A stretch of DNA of 64,000 bases from Candidatus Bathyarchaeota archaeon (GTDB lineage: Archaea; Thermoproteota; Bathyarchaeia; Bathyarchaeales; Bathycorpusculaceae). Shown here in pieces: positions 56,067-64,000 of this stretch. The notes under the pieces are model-generated. The model was given only the letters and a program-made list of their open reading frames with translations. It was not told the DNA's origin and searched no databases. Each line of letters begins with the position of its first letter. Within the stretch, counting starts at the first letter, position 1. A program made the translations under genes and the position numbers. Where the stretch lies: positions 992,001-1,056,000 of the forward strand of contig OY970280.1 in assembly GCA_963715865.1 (NCBI GenBank). The letters are read 5' to 3'.

Positions 56067-58835
56067 GTGGAAATGGGGCAGACATCAAAGAATTGGCATT
56101 CTCAAAGCATAGATGAAACTCTAAGAAAACTTGATTCTAACGCTGATGGGTTAACCATAAAAGAAGCCCAAAAGCGTCTCAGCATTTATGGACCCAACGA
56201 GTTGAAGAAGGAGAAAAGAAAGTCGCCCCTGAAACTTTTGCTAGGACAGTTCACGAACGTACTCATGATCATCCTACTCATAGCCACAGGGCTTTCCCTG
56301 GCTGTTGGCGAAGCAACCGACGCCGCCATCATCCTAGCCATCGTCATAGCGAGCGCAGTTTTAGGTTTCACCCAAGAATACCGCAGCGAAAAAGCAGTTG
56401 AAGCCCTCAAAAAGATGACTGCACCCACCGCCAATGTTCTTCGCGAAGGAAAAAGTATGAAGGTTGCAACCAGCCAACTTGTTCCCGGCGATATCATCTT
56501 GCTTTACACTGGCGATAAGATTCCTGCAGACGCAAGGCTTCTGGAAGCCTTCACTCTGAAAGTGGATGAAGCATCATTAACTGGAGAGTCAACTCCCGTC
56601 AATAAATTCACCCCGGAGCTATCTGAGCAAACGCCACTAAATGACAGACGCAACATGGTTTTCACGGGAACAATCATCGTCTACGGAAGAGGCAAAGCCG
56701 TCGTCACCACCACAGGCATGAACACGGAATTTGGCAAAATCGCCGAAATGGTCCAAGCTGCACCCCAAGAGCGAACACCCTTGGAAAAGCGAATGGCAGT
56801 TGTGGGCAAGTGGATAGGCATCATAGCCATAATTGTTACTATCAGCGTAGGAATAGTCGGCATAGTTGTTGAACAGCGCCCTGTTGTCGATATGATTTTA
56901 TGGGCTGTCAGTCTCGCTGTTGCCGCGGTTCCTGAAGCGTTACCTGCCATCGTAACTGGCGCTCTGGCTATAGGCATGTATCGCATGGCTAAAGTCAACA
57001 CCATAGTTAAGCGGTTGCCCGCCGTGGAGACGCTTGGAAGCACCAGCGTCATATGCAGCGATAAAACTGGAACAATGACGAAGGGAGAGATGACAGTCCA
57101 ACGTATCTACGCCAACGACCGGGTCATAAAAGTAACGGGAATAGGGTATGCTCCAACGGGCGAATTCCTGTTTGAAGATAAAGCAGTCTCCCCTGACGAT
57201 CACCTGAAAACCCTGCTCAAAGTCGCGGCGCTATGCAATGACTCCAGCCTTGAAAAACACATGAAAACAGGAACTTGGACTGTTAAAGGCGACCCTACTG
57301 AGGGAGCGCTAATTGTTGCCGCAAAAAAAGCAGGCATTGACAAAGAAGAGCTTGAAAAGCAAGAGCCACGAATAGCTGAAATTCCATTCTCTTCTGAAAG
57401 AAAACGCATGACAACCATACATGCTACACAAGGCAGAAAAATCGCCTACATGAAAGGTGCCCCTGAAGTAGTCTTGGAGAGATGCAGCAAAATCTTCATA
57501 GACGGAAAAGTACAGCCGTTCAGCAGGGAAACCCTCGCTAAACACCTCAAAGTCACGGAAGCCATGGCACTCCAAGCCTTAAGGAACTTGGGCTTTGCCT
57601 ACAAAGAATTGCCTAACGAAGCTGGCAAATTAGACGAAGAGCTCGAACATGACTTTGTATTCGTCGGTATAATGGGCATGATTGATCCTCCTCGTCCCGA
57701 AGTCAAGGATGCCATAGGCATCTGCAAAAGCGCTGGAATCCGTGTCGTTATGATCACAGGCGACCACAAACTTACCGCAGTAGCCGTTGCTAAGGGGCTG
57801 AATTTGCTTGGTGAAAAAGAGGAAGAAGGCAAGGTGCTGACGGGTGCAGAACTTGAAGAGATGACGGATGATCAGTTAGCTGCTGTAGTAGAGAAAGTGG
57901 TTATTTACGCTAGGGTGTCACCTGAACATAAGATGCGAATTATCAAGGCTTGGAAGAAAAAAAATGAAGTTGTTGCCATGACAGGTGACGGCGTCAACGA
58001 TGCCCCAGCACTGAAAATGAGTGACATAGGTATAGCCATGGGCATTACGGGCACCGAAGTGACGAAGGAAGCCGCAGATATGGTTTTGGCAGATGATAAC
58101 TTTGCCAGCATCGTTAAAGCCGTAAAAGAAGGCAGAGAAATCTACGATAACATCAAAAAATACCTAACCTACCTGCTCCAGTGCAACATCATGGAGATTC
58201 TCGTTATATTCTTTGCTGTGATTAGCGTTCCGTACATAGCCCAAATGTTTACGCCTAATCCTGACATAGCCTTGGTAAGCAGCGCTGGAATCGCATTGAC
58301 TGCTGTACAACTCCTTTGGATAAACTTAGTTACCGATGGATTGCCAGCCATTGCTTTAGGCGTAGACCCGGGCGATCCAGATTTAATGCAACGGAAACCG
58401 CGTAAGCCCAACGAGAGCATGTTCAGCAAAGACGTGAAAATTTACCTTACCGTTATGCCGATTTTCATGACTGCTCTTTTGCTGCTGGCTTTCTTCTCTA
58501 ATGTTCCTTGGGAAAGCCCATTTAAACTGGCAGAGGCTCGGACGCAACTGTTTACTGCCATGATAATGATCGAGTTAGTCATTGCAATTTCTGCTCGGTC
58601 CTTAAAGTATACCGTCTTCAAAGTAGGACTATTCAAGAACAAGTTCCTCTGGCTTGCAGTGCTCTCATCGTTTGCCCTGCAACTGTTCGTGCTTTACACA
58701 CCAGGCGTACAAGCCCTCTTTGATGTGCATACGCCTGAACTAATTGATTGGGCAATTGCTGTTCTGTTTGCATTTGTGGTCTTTAGCGTCTTAGAAATTG
58801 GCAAGTATGTGGCTTCGCGACGGAGAAAGGCATGA
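56067..58835 (+). CDS. Cation-transporting P-type ATPase (type II, Ca2+-like)
   Basis: TGES; PEALP; CSDKTGT; KGAPE; TGDGVND. Confidence 0.95.
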   Translation: MEMGQTSKNWHSQSIDETLRKLDSNADGLTIKEAQKRLSIYGPNELKKEKRKSPLKLLLGQFTNVLMIILLIATGLSLAVGEATDAAIILAIVIASAVLGFTQEYRSEKAVEALKKMTAPTANVLREGKSMKVATSQLVPGDIILLYTGDKIPADARLLEAFTLKVDEASLTGESTPVNKFTPELSEQTPLNDRRNMVFTGTIIVYGRGKAVVTTTGMNTEFGKIAEMVQAAPQERTPLEKRMAVVGKWIGIIAIIVTISVGIVGIVVEQRPVVDMILWAVSLAVAAVPEALPAIVTGALAIGMYRMAKVNTIVKRLPAVETLGSTSVICSDKTGTMTKGEMTVQRIYANDRVIKVTGIGYAPTGEFLFEDKAVSPDDHLKTLLKVAALCNDSSLEKHMKTGTWTVKGDPTEGALIVAAKKAGIDKEELEKQEPRIAEIPFSSERKRMTTIHATQGRKIAYMKGAPEVVLERCSKIFIDGKVQPFSRETLAKHLKVTEAMALQALRNLGFAYKELPNEAGKLDEELEHDFVFVGIMGMIDPPRPEVKDAIGICKSAGIRVVMITGDHKLTAVAVAKGLNLLGEKEEEGKVLTGAELEEMTDDQLAAVVEKVVIYARVSPEHKMRIIKAWKKKNEVVAMTGDGVNDAPALKMSDIGIAMGITGTEVTKEAADMVLADDNFASIVKAVKEGREIYDNIKKYLTYLLQCNIMEILVIFFAVISVPYIAQMFTPNPDIALVSSAGIALTAVQLLWINLVTDGLPAIALGVDPGDPDLMQRKPRKPNESMFSKDVKIYLTVMPIFMTALLLLAFFSNVPWESPFKLAEARTQLFTAMIMIELVIAISARSLKYTVFKVGLFKNKFLWLAVLSSFALQLFVLYTPGVQALFDVHTPELIDWAIAVLFAFVVFSVLEIGKYVASRRRKA

Positions 58836-58903
58836 AGTCCCCCGAAAAGCTTTATAACAAAACGTGCAGAATTCAAGGGTCAATACAATAACTTGGGGAA
58901 ACA

Positions 58904-59512
58904 TTGAAAATGAGTGATGAACTAGTAACAAAATTGGCGAATCCTGCACCGCTGGGACTACTCGGCTTTGGCATGACCACAGTTCTGTTGAACTTGGTTA
59001 ACGCTGGCGTTTTTCCTCTGGACACGATGATTTTAGCTATGGGCATAGCGTACGGAGGACTAGCACAGATAATTGTTGGCATAATGGAGTATCGGAAAGG
59101 CAATACCTTTGGCACGGTAGCTTTCAGTTCTTACGGCTTCTTTTGGTGGTCCCTTGTCATTCTTCTTGTTCTGCCCAAAGTAACATTCTTGACTGGACTC
59201 AATGCACCAACAGAAACCGCTATGGCGGCGTATTTCCTGATGTGGGGAATCTTTACCTTCGCCATGTTCTTTGGTACATTGAAAGCTAATCGCGGGCTGC
59301 AGTTCGTGTTCATGAGTTTAGCTATACTATTCTTCATGTTAACGATAAGAGAGTTAACCAACAACCCAGTTCTGTTTGGGAACGTAACATTCAACACAAT
59401 CACTGGCATCGAAGGCGTCATCTGCGGCTTAAGTGCAGTATACCTTGCAATAGCTGAAGTCTTAAATGAAGCGCACCATAAGACTATCTTGCCGATTTGC
59501 CCGACAAGTTAA
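58904..59512 (+). CDS. satP: Acetate uptake transporter (SatP/GPR1/FUN34/YaaH)
   Basis: [12 protein letters not shown] signature. Confidence 0.93.
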   Translation: MKMSDELVTKLANPAPLGLLGFGMTTVLLNLVNAGVFPLDTMILAMGIAYGGLAQIIVGIMEYRKGNTFGTVAFSSYGFFWWSLVILLVLPKVTFLTGLNAPTETAMAAYFLMWGIFTFAMFFGTLKANRGLQFVFMSLAILFFMLTIRELTNNPVLFGNVTFNTITGIEGVICGLSAVYLAIAEVLNEAHHKTILPICPTS

Positions 59513-59598
59513 AAATAACTAAATTCTTTTTTTTATTTTCTAACTTATGACTGAAAAACTTATATTCTTTAGAACTTACCTTTCCCAGCAATTTAAGA

Positions 59599-61566
59599 GT
59601 GAAAGAAATGTCAGAAACAAGTTTACCTTTCAATGAGAAGTATAGCCCAAGTAACGCAAAAGTTTCTTCTGGAGAAAAACGAAAAAAGGAATGGGAAGAA
59701 TCGTTAAAGAACCCGCAGGAATACTGGTCAGAAAAAGCCAAAGCCATCGACTGGTTCAAACCCCCAAGCAAAGTCTTAGATGACTCCAACCCACCGTTTT
59801 ACAAGTGGTTCCCTGACGGCGAACTAAACATTTCCTATAACGCCCTAGACAGGCACGTAAAAAGCAACCGCAAAAACAAGCTTGCCTACATTTGGGAAGG
59901 CGAAATGGGCGAAATAAAAACTTACACATACTACCAACTATACCGCGAAGTAAACAAACTTGCAAAAGCACTAAAAGACTTCGGCGTCAAAAAAGGCGAC
60001 CGAGTCGCAGTTTTCCTCCCTGTTATCCCTGAGTTGCCAATAACTTTGCTTGCAACAGCAAGGATAGGCGGAGTTCATGCAGTAGTCTTTTCAGGATTCA
60101 GCGCTGAAGCATTAGCTGACCGAGTTAACGATTGTGGAGCAAAAATTCTAGTTACAGCAGACGGATCCTTCCGACGAGGAAAACCAGTCTCTATCAAAGA
60201 CAACGCAGACCGCGGATTACCCAACATGCCTAACATTGAAAAAGTTATTGTTGTCAAAAGAACTGGCCAAGCCGTTCAGATGAAGGAAGGTAGAGACGTA
60301 TGGTACCATGACGCTCTTGCAAATGCAGGCGCAAACGCCTACGTAGAACCTGAAAGCCTGAAATCCACAGACCCACTATTCATCCTTTACACTTCTGGAA
60401 CAACAGGCAAACCAAAAGGCGTACAGCATGGTACAGGAGGCTATCTTGTTTGGGCTTACTGGACGCTCAAGTGGGCTTTTAACCCAACTGACGAGGATAT
60501 TTTCTGGTGTGTTGCTGACATTGGCTGGATTACCGGGCACACGTACAACGTTTATGCACCGTTAAGCATGGGCATCACAGCGTTCCTTTTCGAAGGCACA
60601 CCTGATTACCCCGCGCAAGACCGATGGTGGGACATAATTGAAAGACACGGCATAACCATCCTCTATGGCACACCAACCGCTGTCAGAATGTTCATGAAAT
60701 TCGGTGAACAATGGGTACTAAAGCATGACCTAAGCACCCTACGCATCTTGGGCACTGTCGGCGAACCGATAAACCCTGAAGCGTGGAAATGGTACTACCG
60801 CGTCGTCGGCAAAGAAAAACTTCCGATAATTGATACTTGGTGGCAAACAGAAACCGGCGGATTCATGATTTCCCCAGCATTAGGCATAGAACTCACGCCT
60901 TTCAAGCCAGGTTCAGCAACATTCCCGCTGCCATCCATCAACGCTGATATCTACGATGAGAAAGGACAGCCAGTCAAAGCAGGCACCAAAGGTGTTCTAG
61001 TAATCAAATCACCTTGGCCAGGAATGCTGCAGACACTTTGGAAAGACTCAGATCGCTTCAAGCAGACGTACTTTGGCAGGTGGCCAGGAATCTATTACTC
61101 AGGCGACTACTCAGTCCGAGACCCTGACGGCTACTTCTGGCTACTTGGCAGAGCAGATGAAGTCCTCAAAGTTGCAGGGCACCGCATAGGCACAGTAGAA
61201 CTTGAAAGTGCATTGGTTGCGCACCCAGCAGTCTCTGAAGCAGCAGTGATGGGCAAAGAAGACGCAGTGAAAGGCGAAGTTCCAGTAGCATTTGTAACAT
61301 TACGAAGTGGTTTCACGCCATCCGAAGAGCTCCGTGCTGAACTCATAAAGCACATTAGAACCACGATAGGTCCAATAGCCACTCCAGATGCCATTGTTAT
61401 TGTTAACAAGCTGCCGAAGACACGAAGCGGCAAAATAATGCGCAGGCTACTCAAAGCAGTACTGGTTGGAGCACCACTCGGCGACACGTCAACACTTGAA
61501 GACGAAGGCTCAATTGAAGACATAAAAGCAACATACAACGACCTGCGAAAGCAACTCACTAAATAA
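59599..61566 (+). CDS. acs: AMP-forming acetyl-CoA synthetase
   Basis: YTSGTTGKPKG; DTWWQTETG; PKTRSGK. Confidence 0.95.
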   Translation: MKEMSETSLPFNEKYSPSNAKVSSGEKRKKEWEESLKNPQEYWSEKAKAIDWFKPPSKVLDDSNPPFYKWFPDGELNISYNALDRHVKSNRKNKLAYIWEGEMGEIKTYTYYQLYREVNKLAKALKDFGVKKGDRVAVFLPVIPELPITLLATARIGGVHAVVFSGFSAEALADRVNDCGAKILVTADGSFRRGKPVSIKDNADRGLPNMPNIEKVIVVKRTGQAVQMKEGRDVWYHDALANAGANAYVEPESLKSTDPLFILYTSGTTGKPKGVQHGTGGYLVWAYWTLKWAFNPTDEDIFWCVADIGWITGHTYNVYAPLSMGITAFLFEGTPDYPAQDRWWDIIERHGITILYGTPTAVRMFMKFGEQWVLKHDLSTLRILGTVGEPINPEAWKWYYRVVGKEKLPIIDTWWQTETGGFMISPALGIELTPFKPGSATFPLPSINADIYDEKGQPVKAGTKGVLVIKSPWPGMLQTLWKDSDRFKQTYFGRWPGIYYSGDYSVRDPDGYFWLLGRADEVLKVAGHRIGTVELESALVAHPAVSEAAVMGKEDAVKGEVPVAFVTLRSGFTPSEELRAELIKHIRTTIGPIATPDAIVIVNKLPKTRSGKIMRRLLKAVLVGAPLGDTSTLEDEGSIEDIKATYNDLRKQLTK

Positions 61567-61626
61567 AATTCTTCTTTTATTTTTTCATTTTTCTTAATTA
61601 CTTTAAACAAGAAATAAGAAAGTTAG

Positions 61627-62040
61627 TTAAAAGTTCATAAATTGTGTTCCATGTGGCAGCCAGCCTGTACTGATTCCCATTAATGTCAGCACAAGAACGA
61701 TAAGGAACAATATTACAACTGCTATGATCACCGCTACTATACTTATTGCTAAAGCTTTCAGCCATCCGCAGTCAAAGAAATGCTTCACCAAAGCCAACCA
61801 AATAACTAAAAGTATGAGGTACGACAGTATAACCGAGCCTATTAAGTCTTGGAGGAAATAGCTGAAAAAATAAAAGATTACCGTTCCAATGAGCACTATC
61901 CATAAGGCATGGGTGAACTTTGCTTTTTTGCCTGCTAGCAGTCTTCCTGAAATCCAAAGAACGGGCGCGATTATGATGATGTTAGCGATGATAGTTACTA
62001 TTAGGCCTAGCAATAACGGATCTAAATTGAGTGTTGCCAT
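61627..62040 (-). CDS. Membrane protein
   Basis: Four hydrophobic helices. Confidence 0.7.
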   Translation of the reverse strand: MATLNLDPLLLGLIVTIIANIIIIAPVLWISGRLLAGKKAKFTHALWIVLIGTVIFYFFSYFLQDLIGSVILSYLILLVIWLALVKHFFDCGWLKALAISIVAVIIAVVILFLIVLVLTLMGISTGWLPHGTQFMNF

Positions 62041-62136
62041 TCTTTCCCCTCGTTAGATTTTTTCAGAAGTATCTCTGGTACAGCTTAAATATTTTATGTT
62101 AGGTCTGACTCTGCAGAGTGCAGTTGCAATAGGCGT

Positions 62137-63249
62137 TTAGAAATGGAATTTTCGGTTTTTCGCTTGCACATCTGTGTTGAACTCTGTTGCTAATTGTTCA
62201 ATAAGTGCCCTTTGCTGGGGTGTAAGTTTTTCTGGAACTGAAATTCCTATGCGCACAAATAAGTCGCCCTTGCCGTATGCCCTGAAACGCGGCATCCCTC
62301 TTCCCCTAAGCGTTATGACTTCGCCTGCTTGTGTTCCTGGATGAATCTTAACGGTTGTGGGTCCATCAAGGGTGGGAACGGTTATTTCAGCGCCTAATGC
62401 TGCTTGCGGATAAGTAATTATGGCTACGTGCCAAATGTCGTCTCCTTCCCGCATGAATTGCTGGTGAGGCTTAACGTGAACGACAACATAGAGGTCGCCT
62501 GCTTCGCCGCCGTTGGGCGCCATCTCTCCTTCTCCTCGAAGCCTAAGCTGGTAGCCTTCGTCTATGCCCATTGGAATGCGGACGCTGATTTTTCTTCGTT
62601 TCCTAACTAGCCCTGAACCGTGACAATTACTGCATAGCGTCTCTATCAGTTTGCCTTTTCCCCTGCATGTTGGACAAGCAGTAACCTGCACGTACATGGC
62701 GAAGCTGCTTTTGCGCATGTTTTGTACTTGGCCAGAACCACCGCATCTTGGGCAAACTTTAGCCGTGGTGCCTGGGCTTGCGCCTGAGCCTCCGCATACA
62801 TCGCATCTTTCGGTTCGGGGGATTTCGATTTCTTTTTCGGTTCCCTTTGCTGCATCTTCTAGAGTTATTTCAAGGTCATAAGCTAAGTCTTGACCTATAT
62901 TGCTTCTTTCGCCTCCGAATCCTCCGCCGCCGAAGAAAGTTCGGAAAAGGTCGCCGAAGCCCATATCTCTAAAAACGGAGTCAAAGTCGGCGCCTCTGAA
63001 AATGTCTTCTGAAGTGTATCTTTGGTCAAAGCCTGAATGGCCAAGGGTATCGTATTGTTGTCTTTTTTGGTCGTCGGAGAGAACAGCGTAAGCTTCAGAG
63101 ATTTCTTTGAATTTTTCTTCTGCACCTAGTGCCTTGTTTCGGTCTGGATGATACTGCATTGCCAGTTTTCGGTAAGCATCTTTGATTTGGTCTTTTGATG
63201 TGTTGCGTTGAACGCCTAGAACTTCATAGTAGTCTCGTTTTTCAGCCAT
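62137..63249 (-). CDS. dnaJ: Chaperone DnaJ
   Basis: J domain with HPD; four CxxCxGxG repeats. Confidence 0.98.
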   Translation of the reverse strand: MAEKRDYYEVLGVQRNTSKDQIKDAYRKLAMQYHPDRNKALGAEEKFKEISEAYAVLSDDQKRQQYDTLGHSGFDQRYTSEDIFRGADFDSVFRDMGFGDLFRTFFGGGGFGGERSNIGQDLAYDLEITLEDAAKGTEKEIEIPRTERCDVCGGSGASPGTTAKVCPRCGGSGQVQNMRKSSFAMYVQVTACPTCRGKGKLIETLCSNCHGSGLVRKRRKISVRIPMGIDEGYQLRLRGEGEMAPNGGEAGDLYVVVHVKPHQQFMREGDDIWHVAIITYPQAALGAEITVPTLDGPTTVKIHPGTQAGEVITLRGRGMPRFRAYGKGDLFVRIGISVPEKLTPQQRALIEQLATEFNTDVQAKNRKFHF

Positions 63250-63281
63250 TAGGTTTTACCGCTAAATTAACATCTATTATT

Positions 63282-64000
63282 TCATTTAACTTTGTAATCT
63301 TCCGAGTCAACCACTTTCTCTTCACCAGAGCCTTCGGGACCTGGACCGCCGCTTGGAGGTGGTTGTGGTCCTGCTCCTGCTTCTGGTCCTTGGCCTGGTT
63401 GTTGCTGTCCTTGCTGTTTTGCGTATTCTGCTGCTGCTTGCTGGTAAACCATGGTGCCGATTTCCTGCAGAATCTTTTGGAGCTCGTCGGATTTTGCTTT
63501 AACCTGGGTCATGTCTTTGGCTAATGCGTCTTTTAATGCTGCTACGGCTGTGTCGATTTTGCCTATTTGCTCTTGTGTTATTTTGCCTGCGAGGTCGGTT
63601 TTTGTTTTTTCTGCTGTGTAGACTAGGCTGTCAGCGTTGTTTCGTATTTCTGCTTCTTCACGTTTCTTTTTGTCTTGGTCTGCGAATTGTTCGGCGTCTT
63701 TGATTAAGCGTTCTTTTTCTTCTTTGGAAAGTTTGGTTGATGCAGTTATGCGTATTTTTGATTCTTTTCCTGTGCCGCGGTCTTTGGCGGTTACGTTTAG
63801 GATGCCGTTAGCGTCAATGTCGAAGGTTACTTCTATTTGTGGGACGCCTCTTGGCGCTGGCGGCAAATCAACGAGGTTGAACATGCCTAATGATACGTTG
63901 TCTGATGCCATTGCTCGTTCTCCTTGAAGCACGTGGATTGTTACTGCTGTTTGGAAGTCTGCTGCTGTAGTGAACACTTGGCTTCTTTTGGTTGGGATGG
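63282..64000 (-). CDS. dnaK: Chaperone DnaK, 3' part (5' end lies beyond the window)
   Basis: [22 protein letters not shown] substrate-binding domain. Confidence 0.98.
   Translation of the reverse strand, partial: IPTKRSQVFTTAADFQTAVTIHVLQGERAMASDNVSLGMFNLVDLPPAPRGVPQIEVTFDIDANGILNVTAKDRGTGKESKIRITASTKLSKEEKERLIKDAEQFADQDKKKREEAEIRNNADSLVYTAEKTKTDLAGKITQEQIGKIDTAVAALKDALAKDMTQVKAKSDELQKILQEIGTMVYQQAAAEYAKQQGQQQPGQGPEAGAGPQPPPSGGPGPEGSGEEKVVDSEDYKVK

Noticed and set aside
40673-63927. Numerous 60-160 aa antisense ORFs overlapping housekeeping genes
   Set aside because: Shadow frames of well-supported genes on the opposite strand.

Overview
Archaeal chromosome segment, most likely Candidatus Bathyarchaeia (inferred from the short archaeal purA, many C-terminally anchored surface proteins and typical small-protein families; not verified by search). 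The backbone carries tRNA-Ser(TGA), tRNA-Val(GAC), purA, an HtrA protease, asnS, a P-type ATPase, satP-acs and dnaJ-dnaK (dnaK cut by the window end). Two accessory blocks stand out. (1) An 11.4-kb integrated element (5225-16614) is bounded by a perfect 12-bp direct repeat that forms the last codons of a JAMM/MPN gene. It encodes an atypical tyrosine recombinase, an MCM-like/AAA+ helicase, a nuclease-primase-C-terminal-like fusion, a Cas2/VapD-like protein, several RHH/AbrB regulators and a clear tail tape-measure protein, but no recognisable capsid, portal, terminase or tail-tube gene, making it a candidate archaeal virus satellite. (2) An ~8.7-kb island (31003-39721) encodes an RHH regulator, an Fe-S PAPS-reductase-family (DndC/SspD-like) enzyme, a wHTH protein, a PLD nuclease, two paralogous AAA+ ATPases, a HerA-like ATPase, an unknown protein and an intact but catalytically dead intein-LAGLIDADG protein. 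This is a candidate unclassified DNA-modification/defence system. Next to it is an ATP-dependent low-potential reductase operon (double-cubane-type protein, BzdP/BzdQ-like activators, BzdM-like ferredoxin). All family calls come from motif recognition by eye; no database search was run.
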